A stretch of DNA of 64,000 nucleotides from Phyllosticta citribraziliensis. Its lineage: Eukaryota. This document shows positions 1 through 14,154 of this stretch, piece after piece (within the stretch, counting starts at the first letter, position 1; every line of letters begins with the position of its first letter). The notes beneath the pieces were generated by a model. It did not search any database, was not told where the DNA came from, and saw only the letters and a list, made by a program, of their open reading frames with translations. The stretch spans positions 1,178,001-1,242,000 of the forward strand of contig NW_027117339.1 of the NCBI RefSeq assembly GCF_038025025.1, written 5' to 3'. Both the position numbers and the translations under genes were made by a program.

Positions 1-269
1 CAAACTATACAACAGCGCGACTGAGCGCAAAACTTTTTGATTCCAACAATAGAAAGGCGACTTTTGAAGCAGATACTGACCTCGCGATACCCCCGGGTAT
101 TTTAGGAAAAAAAGAAGGGTAGCGTGCAAGTGGTCATTGAATCGTGAGTCGTTAGAAAATGGAGAGCGGTTGCCAAAAGAGCAACGACTGCTGGCGTAGT
201 GGCGGAGGACCGAGAAAAGCAAGCGAAGAGTGGAGAGGTGGAGCAGTTTGGTGCGAGAGAGGTGTCCTT

Positions 270-1855
270 TCAAGCGGCACACTTCACCCAACCCCTCCTG
301 ATGCCCTCCAAAAAGACGCCTTCGTTGACGCGCTCAAACACGCCTTCTTCATCCTTGCCATAGAGTCCTGTGCTGCCGTAAGGACCCTTTCTGCTGATTT
401 CTCTCTGCCCGGGCCATTCGCCGTCGGCCTCGATTTCTGGGATCTGCAAGTCGCCATGCACAGCATTGACGTGCGGTTCAAAGATGAAGCCACCGAAAAA
501 CAGCTCCACAGCTAGTTCTTTGCCAAGAGTGCTCCGGCGCCTGATTTGTGCCAGGGCTCTGGCATCAGCGAGTAGCTCCGCAAGAGGCTCCGCAATGCGC
601 GTGCTGGCCGCACCGAGGGAGCCATAGTCATGGTCGCAGAGACGCAGTGCGCGGACTTGACAGTCGCCGGACCAGCGGACGGATCTGTTGCTGAAGAGGG
701 CAGAGCACATGGAGGGAATAGAAATGGAGAGGGTGACGAGACGAGGGCAGGAGGCAAGGAGCTCGCAGAGGTGTTCATTGGATGAGGGAGAGCCGGGGTG
801 AGGATGGTAGAATCCGAATGCGGAACGTGGAGAGTGCTCCAAGACGCGGAGGGTGCGGTGTGAAGACTTGACAATAGCCATGACCCCTGCAAAAAGTCAG
901 CGGATGCCTGAAAAAAAAAAAAAAAAAAAACTCTCAAGAAGACGTCATACCGTCAATGGAAACCGTGTCGAGGCAGGTGACGTGAAACTCTTCGAGTGCC
1001 GTAGCCGTGCGGGCAATGGCGAATAAGTCATCGTCGGTTATTGGCATGAAGGTGGTGTTTCCAAACAGCTTGAGCTTCTTGAGCTTGCTAAAGTCGACCT
1101 TGTCGGACTGGAATGGTCGATGGTTGACCTGATTTTCGGCGTCCCTGGCCTGCATCTTCGTCAAGATGGTGGCCTGAAGTTCCAAATTTTCAAGAGGACT
1201 CGGGGAGTTGGGACGCAGGATTTGGCACCATTGGTCGGCGTCCAGGTGGCGCGCCATGGTCCAAGGGATGCTCAGGGAAGTCAGGTTTGAACAGCACTTT
1301 AGCGCGCTGAAGATGCGTGAGTTGGTCTCGGCCACGTAGAAACCGTTGAACCACATTCGGCGGATGTTGTCTGCCACGTCAGGATACTGGTTCAAGAGCT
1401 TGACCGTCTGCTTCAGGTTGCAAAAAGGATCGCGATAGACCGAAGCACCCATTGGCCTTTCGATTAGTTCGTAGGCGCCATACGACTCTATCGCCATGGT
1501 TAGATCTTGACTTGAGCTATTGGGGTAGTCGGTAGGATGGCTTACCGCGCTTCATGGGTAATTCAGCCCAACGCTCTGCGCCTTTCCACTTTCGGATGTA
1601 GACGTCTCTCATGGCATACTCGAGGGCCCACGCATGCCATTTCTTGCAAACGGCGCGAATAGCGGCAGCGGCATCCCACCTAAGGATATCTGGAGGCAAC
1701 GGACCGCGAACATATTTCTGCAGGGCGGGCTTCGCCACTAGGCCGGGCGCCTGAGAAAGACCAAAGGTAAAGGTAACGCCATCCCGTTCGTTCAGCTTGG
1801 TCGACTCCTCGAGGATGGTAGACAAGATCTCGTAGGGAAACTCGTTGAGGTGCAT
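270..1855 (-). CDS. F-box-like / LRR-like protein, 3 exons (1855-1546, 1487-951, 886-270)
   Basis: The N-terminus MHLNEFPYEILSTILEE...IRAVCKKWHAWAL is F-box-like, followed by LRR-like segments (LKCCSNLTSLSIP, LKKLKLFG, LLASCPRLVTLSIS). GT-AG introns at 1545-1488 (GTAAG..CTAAC..TAG) and 950-887 (GTATG..CTGAC..CAG) join three ORFs in frame. Confidence 0.8.
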
Positions 1856-1907
1856 TGGAGTGTTTGCACGAGTGGGCGGTGGAAAGGTCGACGCGGATGC
1901 CTTTTCC

Positions 1908-1913
1908 TATATA
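1908..1913 (-). promoter_or_regulatory. Putative TATA box of the F-box gene
   Basis: TATATA lies about 55 nt upstream of the ATG at 1855 on the minus strand. Confidence 0.4.
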
Positions 1914-4900
1914 AAGAAGTCGCGGCGCCAAGGAGGGGGAGCTAGACCTCGTGGGTGCGTGTCGGGACAAAGAGGAGCAAATTTTTTTGCAGAGTCACGA
2001 TGTGGCGCCCGAGGTTCTTTATATCGAGGTCAAGGCAGGTTGAGGAAAGACGTAAGACAGCGTTTCCGCGTGCTCGGGGCGCCATGTTAGTCACGGCAAC
2101 CAGGCCCACGGCAGGATGGATGGATGGATGAGCTCATAGGAGCAGGGAGCCGATTGGTCAGCCAGGCCACGAGCAACGTCTGGTCGCGCGAAGGAGATGA
2201 CCTTGTCAGAGCTCGTGGACAGGACAGGAGGGATGGGGAACAAGGTCCGATCCGAAGGTGGTTCGGTATGATGCTTCACGTCCTTCGTGTCGGCTGCCAG
2301 AGCAGGGCTCGTGGACGGGCCTGGTTCGGGACCGACGCCTGAGAGGCCAGCATCCATTTGAACGGGCGGTACGGGCGTGATCACAAGGTGCAGCCAGGCG
2401 TCTGAGGCCTCTTGTCGCTGAATTCTGCTTACCCCCAGGAAATTCCCAAAGCGGCAACATCCATGGCGCTATTACCCCATCAAATGCACCACCCTGAGCT
2501 GTCTCGACACCTGGCGAAGGCTGCGTGATTCGTGTTGACAATTGCAAAGTGGCGAGTTGCATGCGGTGTCAGAGGCTGTTCGGGACGCGACGAGAAATTT
2601 TTTTCGCGGCGACAAGACAAACGTCGCCGAAGAAGCCGATGCCGTGAGGTCGAACTGGAGGCCTTCTCTCCGTCGCAGACGCAGACGCAGTCGCAGAGAT
2701 GACTCAGCACTGCTCCCCTCCTGGCTGGGGAAAAATCTCGGATCTGGCCGCCCAGAAATCCTTCTCTTCGCCTTTGCGTCATTCGCACAAAACCTTCCAT
2801 CACCGCAGGCCAGCTCCAGTCACCACCGTTGCCAGCCGGCCATGTCATCAGATTCTCGTGGACCGCATACCGTATCGCTTCAACCCTCGCCCATGCAGCG
2901 GCCAGGCTTGTGCCTCATCATTCGACGCCTCGCGCACGCAATTCGTTACCAAATCAAAACCACGTCCAAGATGCGGTCCCTGAGCGACGGATCATTGTCG
3001 TGAGGTAGCACAGAGGTTGCATGCATCAGCCCAGGAGAACGACCATCTCCGCGGACCGCGCCAGGTACCTTACCCCACAAACTGGGAGGAGCAACGCGCC
3101 GTCAGCCTCATCCAGAGACAAGGCCGTTTTCGACCTGGCTCAAGTCGTCGCCCGTCAGCAGGGCCAGCCTCCGCATTCGACTCGTCTTTGACCAAACCTT
3201 CCTTGCATCACTTGACACATACAAACGGCCCCATACGCCAGCGCCCAGCCCAGGAAGCGGAGAGCCGCCAGTTTGGCCAAGTCCAAAGCAGTCAAGGCAA
3301 GGCTGGAAATGCGGGGAAGGCCGTTTTTGTTACTCATTGTTTCCGGCCTCGTCTAGCATGGCATGACGCCCTGCCGAGAAGCATGGTCCCATCTGGAAGA
3401 GCTTGGAGCAGCCAGGACACTCTGTGGCGTCACATGACCTTGCGCCCTCGTCTTTCCCCAGATTTCCAGATTTCTCTTACGCCATCCCCAGGCGGGGGGC
3501 TCGTAGCGGGCCCGAAAAGCGGGACTTCCCTTACCCGTTCACCGCCAGAAAGTTGTTGATCCCATGTCACGGTGCACGTCTGTCAATTCCCACTGGTCGA
3601 TCCGGAATGTTGCGAGCCGCCCCTGAATTTTTGCTATTCTTCCTCAACATCTCGCCTTTACGCGGCCATCAAGACGACTGCTTACTGGACGCCTCCGCAG
3701 TGTCAGATCTTTCGGCGGAATGTGGGATGGTCTAGCATCAGACTGTCACTCCAAGCGTTGCGCGTTTTTGATCCCGCTCGAAACATATCCGGAGCCGTGA
3801 GCAAACCCAAGTGCTCCGCACGCGGGGACGACAAACTCCTCGTACCCAGGACTCTACGTCCTAAAAGAGAAGGCGCGGTTGAATGTCTGCTCTTGATTAC
3901 GTTCGTTTTCGATTTGAAACCAGCTGATGATGCGGTTTGCAGACTCGATTTCAGGGGCTGCGGTCGATACGACAGACGTCCCGTTCGAATGGTGCCCGGC
4001 TGTCCGGCTCGTTATGCATGCCGATGGAGCTTGATGTGGAGAAGCCTTTGCTTCAATTTTTGACCCGAGTCGTGCTCAGGAAACAGCCTGAGCGACTTAC
4101 GAAACACCTTGCCATGCATGTTTGATGACAGTGTTGAATCCATCATCTTACAGCATCCTCACGGGCCAAGCAAAGTCTATCGGAAAGATTTTTTGAAACG
4201 ACTGGTTGCGCGAAAGCCTCAACTCTATGAACATCGTTCTCCCCCCACCGGACGAAAGCCGTATAGCCAAACGCAGACCATCCTTTTGGGTTCTTTCCCA
4301 AGACCTGTCCAAAGTGCTTGGCAGACCGTCGAAGACAGATAAGAAGGCCGATTCTCAGATCTTTTCAGCAGCAAACCAGTCACTCCAAATTTCGTTGCGA
4401 AAGTAGAAGATGGTCCTCGACTGCTGGCGGTACCAGGCCGCTTCCTCTCAAAAACTTTCTAGCTGCGAAGCCACACCCACTGTGGCTCTTGTCGCGCCAA
4501 GGTCAAGTTTGCAAAACTGCTGCCTGTCAACAGGACGAACGGAACGAAACTCCGACACAGCACAGCCTCAACCGTCGTCATTCTCCTGGTCAGCTGCGCA
4601 TTTCGACATTTTCTCCGCCGTCATCGTCGTCGCCGTCGCCACCACCATTGGAGTTGTCATCGGATGTGATGCTGTCGCTTTTTTCCCAGCCACCGTAGGG
4701 CACGACGGCAAGCTTCGGATCGAATGCTGCGGCGAATGACATAAGCCTGCTCCGTCATCCTCGATGGCAGACCGAGGATTCTCCAGATCCGAGTCTAACG
4801 AAGCCAGGACGAAGTGACGGCGGCGGCTGGTAAGGCTGATGATCGACACCAACAGCGAGAGTGTCGAAAGGGTGCACTGTCACGCCAAGACTGAGAGCAC

Positions 4901-6524
4901 CTACTGTCCATGTTGGAGATGTGCACACTCATGACCGTTTCATGCCAACCGTGGGTCTTGAACGCCTCACCCCAAAGTTTGACTGTTTCAAGAGGTGGTG
5001 TGAAACACGATAGCGTTAAGCTTACACCACATGGAAACGTCGATCTCCACTTTGTCGTCGAGGCTACATGTAGACTTGTTGCGCAGTTGTCGCCGTAGCT
5101 ACAGCCTTGAAGATGGATCATGAGAAACGAATGCCAGGTCGTCTCGTGTCGAGTGCAGTGCAGGCTCTGGAAACGAGGATGTGGGCCAAGAGTCTCGCGT
5201 TGGCTCTCGGGACAAGAAAGCTTGGCTTTGAATTTTTTGCATCAAGTCGGGAGACGCCGTACTCGACAGTCTTTTGCCGCCAAGTTCCGGTGTCGATGAT
5301 GGCAGTCGTGGTGTCCCCATGGAAGACTAGATGTCAATGGCACGATATACATGAGATTTTGCGCGGTGCACTGATACAAAAGACGCGACAGAAATGCCAG
5401 AGGGACTGCATGGGAAAGGACAAGAATAGCATTCGGCCGGCACATCATGTTGAGATCTGAACCAGGGACGAGAAGGTTCTTTGGTCATCAGGTGACGAGA
5501 CGCTAGCGATTGGGTTGGCGTTTGGCCGGGCCATGCAGGCCCATGTCAATCTGCAAGGAACGGAGCTACCGTCGCACGCGCATCCACAGCGGCATCCACA
5601 GCGACGAAGGTGGTCTCCAGGGCGCCGTCGAAGGAGCAGCGTGGCAGCAGAGGCGCAACTCATGGTCGCCAGGGCGCAGTGTTGGAGGAGCCTGGCTGAA
5701 GGCGGCGGGGGCAGCGTCAGGTCAAGCTTCGGACGAGGGTTGACAGGCAGACGCCTGCTCCAACGGCGGCGGCCCTGGTGGCGCTATGCAAAAAGCGCAC
5801 AAGGTTATCCGGAAATTGCGAGCCACAAAAGTCAGCGCCGCGAGCAACGATTCGATCGTGTCGGCAGAGGGGTGCTGGGGAGGCCGACGGGAGCCTGAGG
5901 TGAGGTGATGCCCAAAAGAGGTGGAGGTGTCGCGGTGGTGGTTGCGGGGGTTGGGGATGGGGATGGGGCCGACGGAAACAGCTGGAGAGGACGACATGGA
6001 CGCTGGACGCGACGACACAGCAACGGGGCAACGTCAGCGCAACGGGAGTGACAGACATCTGATGGCAGCGGCACCAGGGCCCCTTTCGCCCTCGACGGGA
6101 GGCTACGAGCAACCTTAACCACCACTAGCCGCATTGGGGCCGGGATGTGCCTGGATGCAAAAGAGGGAGCCCATTGGACCACCACCGCCACCATCTTCGT
6201 GAGCAGAAATTGCCTTTGCCCAAGCCTCTATTTGTGGACACCCAGCCCAAGCCGCATTCCTGGCCACGACTCTTTTGTGCATTCCTTATAGTGCCTTCGA
6301 CGCCGCGCCACTTCTCACTTCTCGTCTTCGTCCTACATCACCGCACCTTCCCTTTCCGCACCAAAACAGTGCACGGTCTCTGCTGCCTCCAAATATCTAT
6401 CACGGCCTCCGCCCAACATTCCACTCTCTTCCTCCACCACCACTCCATCCACCATCTTACGCTCGGCCATTGAACACCAACCCACATTCACAACACACCA
6501 CCGTATCGCATATTTGCCCTCACC

Positions 6525-7311
6525 ATGCGCTTCTTCACCACCATCGTCAGCGCCTTTGCGCTCGTCGCCACCGCCGTCGCCCAGTCCGCTTCGGTTCAGA
6601 TCACCGACTACCCCCAGTCTGTCACGGCTGGCCAGACGTACACCATCAAGTACACGGCCGCTGACGTCAACAAGGTGAGGACCCTCAAGCACTGGCTCAT
6701 GCTGAACAATCTCGCTAACCATTCCTCCAGCCTTGCACTCTCACTCTTCGCCGTGGCGATCCCAATGACCTGACCACCGTCAGCACTCTCACCAGTAAGT
6801 CACCATGTTCCAACCCTCCACCAAGCGTGTCCTCTGACATGCTGCAGCCGACGCCGTTGGCGGAACCTACCAGTGGAAGGCCGACGCGAGCCTCAAGGCT
6901 GGCACCGACTACGCTTTCCAGATCCAGCAGGGAAGCCAGATCAACTACTCCGGCCAGTTTGGTGTCAAGTCCGAGGCCGTTGCTACTTCCGGTCCCTCGA
7001 CGCCTCTCGTTACCCCTACGTCCCTGTCGACCATTGTCAACAACTCGACCATCCGGACTCCCATGACTCCCATGACCCCGTTCAACGCTACCGCCACGCC
7101 CATTCGCACCCCTCTCGGCAACACCACCGTCCGCACTCCCGTCACCCCGACTACTCCCGGCGGCGGAGCTGCTACCACCGGTCCCCAGGGCACCGGCAAC
7201 CAGGCCGCCACCGGCACCGGAAGGGCTCCTACTGGCGCTGCCTCCTCTTTCGCCGCTTCGTCGTTCGGCCTGGTGTTCAGCGTTGTCGCTGCCATGATTT
7301 TCTTGCAGTAA
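6525..7311 (+). CDS. GPI-anchored Ser/Thr-rich cell-wall protein with Kre9/Knh1-like N-terminal domain; exons 6525-6674, 6731-6794, 6848-7311
   Basis: Signal peptide MRFFTTIVSAFALVATAVAQ. The spliced product reads TLTLRRGDPNDL...GTYQW...DYAFQIQQGSQINYSGQF, typical of this domain, then a T/P-rich stalk and a hydrophobic GPI-signal tail (FGLVFSVVAAMIFLQ). Introns 6675-6730 and 6795-6847 are canonical. Confidence 0.9.
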
Positions 7312-8439
7312 ACTACTCGCCATCGGGAAGCAAATTCTGCGCATGACAGCGTCACCTGACGCTTGTATTATTATGCTGTGCCGGATCCAGGTCTGCTTTG
7401 CATGGGAGGACGTAATCCGCATTTGATTCTCAAGACCTTTTTCACTACCACACTGGAAACGGAAGGATGGTAACATGGGGCGGCACGCGTGCGTGCTTGG
7501 CAGCGGCCGGGCCGACGCGACGACGCAAGGATGCTCGGATGGATCAAATGAGTTCGGTAGTGGATGTTCCAAAGGACAGGCGTTGACGCACAAAAGTTGA
7601 GAGAATCGAGAGTCGGCGCCACGAAGCAAAAGCTCAGGTGCACACCAAGTTCAAGCTGCAGGGCCCCCTCGACTGGGCTCTCATTCTCACCTCGCACACG
7701 TGGCACTTGGTGTTTCTTTTCTTCATCCCCATCCAATCCACCCAGTCAGTGGCTTCTTGTATTCCTTTTCACTTCGAGCACTTCATGTAATTTCTAGTAC
7801 CACACAACTTCCCCCTTCTGAGCACCGTTACGATATAAGCTCCTTGTCTTAGAAGAGGCATTGGGTTAGATGAGATGGGGATTCGATCGTGGAACGGAAC
7901 GGCAAATGATTCGGGCGTTGCATGACGCGCATGCGCAAGGGGAGGCTGGCTGGTGCGAAGTTTAGGCAGAACAACAGAAATGAAAGCATTTTCGACCGAC
8001 ATGACAGACGCATCTTTGGTTGCACGATGGAAATTGTGGTCAAGTTGGTCATGCACCTACGCTTTGCGCAAGTGTCGTCGGCGCAAACCAGCCTAGTTCT
8101 GCTGCTGAAGGAAATGCCTGCTGCCAGGCCCGGTGCTGGCTAGCAGAGCGGATGCGACGCGACGTGATGCAATGCCGAGCTGGCCACAGCCTTGCTCGCA
8201 TCGCATCGTTGTCGTCGCGTTGAAGTGTTGGCACGGCACGGCAGTAGGTCAAATGGTCGCCGCTAGCCGGCCGTTTCACCGTTGCTTGTCACCATCCCCC
8301 CATCCGTGCAGCCATGCGTTGCCCTGCAGTCAGTCCATCATTCATGCACGCTACGTTGTGCCCGCTAGACCACCCTGATGATTACCATTTCCCCTGCAGG
8401 CACGACGACATGCAGCGCAGCGCAAACGTTTCATCTTCG

Positions 8440-8440
<1 letters not shown>

Positions 8441-8490
<50 letters not shown>
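8441..8490. repeat. (GTC)n microsatellite, about 16 units
   Basis: Perfect trinucleotide run seen directly. Confidence 0.95.
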
Positions 8491-8491
<1 letters not shown>

Positions 8492-10503
8492 TGCCAGCGA
8501 CGTTGAGAAGGAAACGACGTTGAGATGGAGACGTTCGAGGCGGTCGTTTCACGCGTCCGTCCACTGGGTGGCCACGTACATCAGCCTGGTCGGATTGCCA
8601 CGTCCTTGCGATTCGAGCAGGGCATCCATGGCTTGCGTGGCTGATTGGTTTTGGTGGCGGGGGTTCGGCGGTGTGGGTGGTAGGTTTGCTAGAGATGGCT
8701 CCGTGCCTGACGGACCGCCTCGCTGGTTTCTCAGCTTGTCTGCTGTTTGGGTTGCTCTCCCTCGATCATCTTCTCTCTGCCTTCTTCTTTCTTCCCAGCT
8801 TTGTCTTCTGCTCACTCGTCTGCGCACCTCAACAACAGACCCATCCAACCACAACTCCTCGCATGCCCAGCGTGGCGTTTGCATGGCAAGACACGGTCTG
8901 GCCCGGCCCGGCCTGCATCTCAGATTGTCGTGTGAAGATTGGGCAAAATGTCGGGGATGGTGGGTAGGTGGTGCAAGGGATCCAAAATGTGGCGTGGCCT
9001 GCGTCGGACCCACGTACCACGGCGGCTCTACGCGTGCGCCCACATGCGACAGTGCCTCCATCTTCTTCCCTCATCTTCCAACTCAGCCCCGGAAGAGGCT
9101 TCCTTGCTGCCCTGCTCGCCATCGACGTAGGAGGCGGTGTTGGAGCTGTCTTGTTCCTGGCAGGCAGGCAGTCAGCAGCAGATGAGTGCGTGGTAAGCAT
9201 GCAAGGCATAGTTACGGTTTCGCGGTGGCGTGCTTTCCTTGCGTTTCTCTTCCTTTTCCAACGATGTCGATGAGATCCCTCACGCATGTCTCAGCTGTCA
9301 GCAATCAAAACGCCACGAGGCGAAGTGCTGCGTTCCCCAATGCGTGCCCTGCCTCCCCCGCAGGCAGCGAGCGGGCTGCTCTCGTGGCTACCTTGGCTGG
9401 CTGGCTGGATGGTTCGAGATACATGTAGGCAGCCTGAGCGGACCTGATGGCGTTGGACCTGCCAAAAGAGTCACTGTATTACTTCGACTTCATTTTTCTT
9501 CAACGCCATGCCATGTCGCGGCCTGGCCAACACAAGAAAGAGCAAGGTGCAAAAGCAACAGATGTTAGGATGAGCCTCGGTCATCTGCTCTCTCCTCATC
9601 GACTACACTTGCCGAATTCTCAGTCTACATGTAGAGTTGAGAATCCACAAACGGCTCAAACCTTTGCGCGCTGTTCTTCAAACACCGATGATGGCCGTTG
9701 ATGGGTAATACACTGGCTGCTGCTGAGCTAGGATGCGTGTGTGGCATCTCTAGAACTGCCTCTAGGACGTTGGAGCTCTTTTTTGAGGCCGGTGGCCATG
9801 CACGTCTTCCTCTCTCGGAATTTGTTGCTGACTATGAAAGCAGAGAAGAAGTATGTGGCACTACTGCTGTCTCTTCAAATCGTGCCGCCTCTTTCAGTGA
9901 GAGATGGGAGGGCGCCGCTTCTCGACGCGGTCAGCACGACCAGCTTGCCAGAGTCACGGTCAGAAAAGCAACCACACCTGTCAGAGAGGTATCAACGAGA
10001 ACATTTGAACGGGTGTTTCCTAGAATTTTGTTCGATTTCAATTGTGTAAACCACGATGCAAGCCGCCTTCATCGACACTCTGACGACATGGCAACTCAGT
10101 TCCACCTAGAGCAATTCCGCGCTCCACTCCAACACGTGGTAAAGACCCCTCCATGGTGGCATTGCTCTTTGGACTTTCCAAGTGGTTCTTGTGCGGTCAG
10201 TCTCTGTTTTGCCAACTTCTCATCACACTCGACGTTTCTTTCCGTGGACGTGTGTAGCGTCCTTGTCCACGCCGTGGACAGGCGTCGAAAGACGCGGTTG
10301 GATAGAAGATCAGACGAAAGGTATGCCCTCGTTCCAATTTATCGGCATCCAGTCAGTCCGGCGCTTCAAGAATAAGACGCTCAAGTGCGAGAAAGACCCT
10401 TTCGCTTTGCTCCGGCATCACGGTCTTCTCTGACGTCGCTCCCTCCCTCCATCGCTCTCTCCAACCACACCGCACCGCAAAAGAGAGATGCAGCGCTACC
10501 TCC

Positions 10504-10704
10504 CTATGCCACCACCACAACTCCCCTCGGCACCTCCACTCCGCTGGCCGCCAGCTGCATCTGCCGCTGTCTCGCTATGAACGCTCTTCTTCTCATGACC
10601 GCGACGATCAGCGCGACGCACACGCCAGCGAAGACGGCGATAAAGAGGACGATGACGACGATGATGGCGACCTGCGAGGTTGCGAGGGACCGGGAGGAAG
10701 CCAT
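10504..10704 (-). CDS. Putative 66-aa single-pass membrane microprotein
   Basis: ATG at 10704 gives MASSRSLATSQVAIIVVIVLFIAVFAGVCVALIVAVMRRRAFIARQR..., a long hydrophobic helix followed by a basic stop-transfer cluster. Confidence 0.55.
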   Translation of the reverse strand: MASSRSLATSQVAIIVVIVLFIAVFAGVCVALIVAVMRRRAFIARQRQMQLAASGVEVPRGVVVVA

Positions 10705-12007
10705 GGGTGGCTCTGTGGAGACGGAGAGTATTGGCCTTGCGGATTGGTTGATTGGTCCGCTGATCGGTCGCGGAGGTGTTGATGTTGACTTCGACGCTGA
10801 GTGATGGATTCTGTGTGCCTGTGTTGGACCCATGGACCAGTGCGTCGGTTTTCTTTGTTCGACAGGTACGTACGGTACGTGGTCAGCTGGAGAGAGCATG
10901 TGGTTGCTCGGGCACCGTCCCTGGACTCTGACGACTGCAGAGACAAAGAAAAGAACGAGAAGAGGTGGACCGGGCAGCTTTGGCTGTCATGGTAGCATTT
11001 CCATCACTCTGCCCTGTCAACCCAGGTCTTTGGTAGTTGTGCTGTTGATTCGGCTGTCTGATGTCCCTCGCGCGCGTTTCTGCTGACCTGTTATCATTGC
11101 TCAGGAGATCGTCGTGATTGCGGAACCATTGAACAATTTTCTCGCGGCCCAATGCGCATCAAAAGATGCAGGTGGGTGAAGGGGGACAGAGGAGCTCTCC
11201 TCTTCCTGCTTGCCTACCTCTGTCATCAGCCAGTCAGCCCGTGGCGCAATCAATCCAAGTAACTGCCTCAACATCCTTCACATCAGGACTCTCTTGTCTT
11301 CGCTACTGCACTGGAATACTCGTCAGCTGCGGGAAAAGGGATAGAAGAAAAGGATTGCACACCAGAGGCGGTTGAGGCAGATATTCGTAAGGATCTCGCG
11401 AGTTCGAGGCCTTGAACGTGCTGCATTACCCACCCGCACCTACAGATTGATAGACGCCTATGGATGCTCCTGAGTATTCAGGATACGGGCATATCGAGTG
11501 CCCCCTGACACTCTTTCGTAGATGCGTTTGTATGTTCCTCATCTTACACAGGCGTCACGACTTTTGCTACCAGCCTCAGACGATGAATCCGGAATCAAAG
11601 ATGAATACAACCACTGCCTCTCTTAATTCTGTACGTACAACACACCGGCGTTCCGCGTCGAAGCATTACCCTCCAAATTATCTACTGCGTGGCAACGCCC
11701 ATGTCTTTTCCCAAGCTCGTGGGTACTCCCATGCTCCAAAGCGAGTAGTCCAAACAGTACACCCCTGCGACTCCGACGGGGCAGATCCCTCTACAAACGG
11801 CTCCGAATTACTCCTTCCGTCGCCCCCCCTGACCCCCCTGATCTCAACAGTTGTGCAGTTCCACTCTCGGGGCTCGTAGTATGTCTGGCCTTGACGATCT
11901 GAAAGCACCCCCCACCCCCCGACAGCCATCACCGTGGTTTCCTGGGAATGTGGAAAGATGGGGAGGCCTCATATCCGGTTCAAAAGCGGTCCCAGGAAAA
12001 AGTCTCT

Positions 12008-12226
12008 CTACGACTGGGTCCGCGCCCTCCGAGCCGCAAGCTTCTTGTGGATGAACAGGCCGACGAGGAGAAGAGCGATGGTGCCGACGATGCAAAAGAC
12101 GAGAATGACGCCCGGCTCGCGCGCGGCAAAGTTCTTTTTGCGCTTGAAGAGTTGGTGGACATGTGCAGCCGAGTCGTCGGCGGCGCGACGCGCGTGAAGC
12201 GAGAGGGCTTGTGCGAGGGCGGGCAT
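12008..12226 (-). CDS. Putative 72-aa single-pass membrane microprotein
   Basis: ATG in AAAATG context. The sequence KRKKNFAAREPGVILVFCIVGTIALLLVGLFIHKKLAARR is a TM helix with a basic flank and resembles small proteins recalled from other filamentous fungi (not verified by search). Confidence 0.65.
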   Translation of the reverse strand: MPALAQALSLHARRAADDSAAHVHQLFKRKKNFAAREPGVILVFCIVGTIALLLVGLFIHKKLAARRARTQS

Positions 12227-14154
12227 TTTGCGCGGGCCGATGTGGAGTGAGTGGGGCGCCTGGAAGCTGTCAGTTTACTAGTCGTTCGCTAAGATGGCAT
12301 CGTCTGTTGACGAATTGCCATATTCGGCACCGCAATGAGTCGCAAAGCGCGCTCTCCAGTCGCGGACGGATCGGACCAAGATGGACCTGTCGTGACTTAC
12401 AGTCTATTCGAATGGCTGACGCGAGTGTCTTAGTAGCAATAACTTCGAGGACGTGGAGCTGGATGCGGTCAAATCAGTCAGGACGCGATCAGGTCAACAA
12501 GACGAGTGACGTAGGAGCGGATTGACGGGAAAAGCGAAGAGTCCAAGACTGGCAACGGCGGCGGTCGGGCCCAGTTGCGGTATTTCTGGGTTCTGGCAGG
12601 TGGAGAAAGAGAATTGAGGCGCGTGGCGTTGCGAGGGCGAGCCAATTGGCCGTGCAGAGGGGTCCCCGGCGACAAGGAAGGTACATACAGTGCAGCTGGC
12701 GATATGCGATGTGGATGATGGTGTGAGCGGACGTGGAATGAAGCAGTCAATTGACGAGTAGCCGGTGAGTCGAGGGAGGGCGAGGAGGGTCGAGGGAGAC
12801 CTGGGTCAACAGCAACGCAACGGCAGAGAGAGGAGGAGCCGAGAGCAGACTGAATGGAAGGAAAGGTGCAGGTGGGTGCGTCCTGCAGTCCAGTGGTGAC
12901 CATGGTGACCTAGCACGCTTTGGGCCTAGCGGCGGGATGCGTGTTTACCGTCTCCCTGCCTCCCACCGGCCGCGTGCAGTCTCACCATGAACGAACCACG
13001 CACCTCATGCCGTCGTCTATTGCCTTGTTGCTCTTCAATGCACATCACATACTCTCGCTTGGATCACTGGCCGCCCCTGTTTGCGGGGGTGGATCCGCCG
13101 AGTAACAGGCCGAGGCCGGATACAGCAGCACGAACATTTCCCATCTCGATTCCATTTGGTATATCCTTGAACGCTCTCAAGCCCTTCCTCTCGGCTGAAG
13201 TAAGCTGAGCGCTTCTTTTTGCGTCTGATGGATACTGCCCACCCGTTGCAAATTCGTTGCCTGTCTGCGTCGACTGTCTGTCGTCTTCCGTCCCAGCCAA
13301 GGGAGCCAGGCCCGGCCAAGTCATTCACGCCGTTCGGTTCATCTCAACCGTAGCTGCGTACATGTATCAAGTCCCCTCTGGTACCGTACGCTGATGGACT
13401 CGTGACCGTCCACAACGACAGAGTTTGCGCCGGCACACTGAGGTACGGTACCTAGCCATGAGATATGCCGGTAGGATCGACGGCTGCTGTTCGGGATCTG
13501 CTCTGGGTTCGGTAAGCTTGGGCCATTTCTCCACAACCTCTCGCTTCTCGTCAGCAAGATTCTTCGCCCAATTTTGTTGGTTCATCGAGTCTATCATTCT
13601 CTTCACCAATTTCATCAAAATCCCGTCGTCGCTACATCGTGTTGAATCGCCATGTCCCTGTATCAGCTCATGCGACCCCCACGCGTCCCCTGCCGCTGCG
13701 GGGAGCTACCCGAGAATTTCACCATTCGTTAGGCATGATCCTTCTTCGACGCTTGAAACTAGACGCGGTCAGCTTGACCTCCACTGGCCGGAACCCAAGT
13801 ACGGCCTATCCAAGAGCTCAACCATCATCTACTCAACGCACTGGGCAATTTGCGAATTTTTGGCATCCTCATAGATTGGCTTGAGTTCCGTTCCGAGTGT
13901 TGCATTCAACTTCTCCAAGCATTCGTAACTGGACAAGTATCGCTACAAACTTCGTCATCGATTTATCCATCACTGTCGTCATCCTGCCGATGCAAGCAAC
14001 TGAATTTCGAGGCAGGCGCGCCTTTCTCAGCGACAACCTCGTCGATGGAGATGAAAAATGTACACCACAGTCGGGATTTGCGGCGGCTCTCGACTTGTGC
14101 AGCCGATTGAAGCCTGCTACGAGTTCCAAAAACTTAGCCCAGAGTTCACCGAGA

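Noticed and set aside
911..930. A20 run as a retro-insertion tail
   Set aside because: It is a poly-T tract inside a normal 64-nt intron, with no target-site duplication or element body.
4568..6018. Fragmented minus-strand ORFs as a pseudogene or gene
   Set aside because: No recognisable domain or consistent splice model. It cannot be supported without a homology search.
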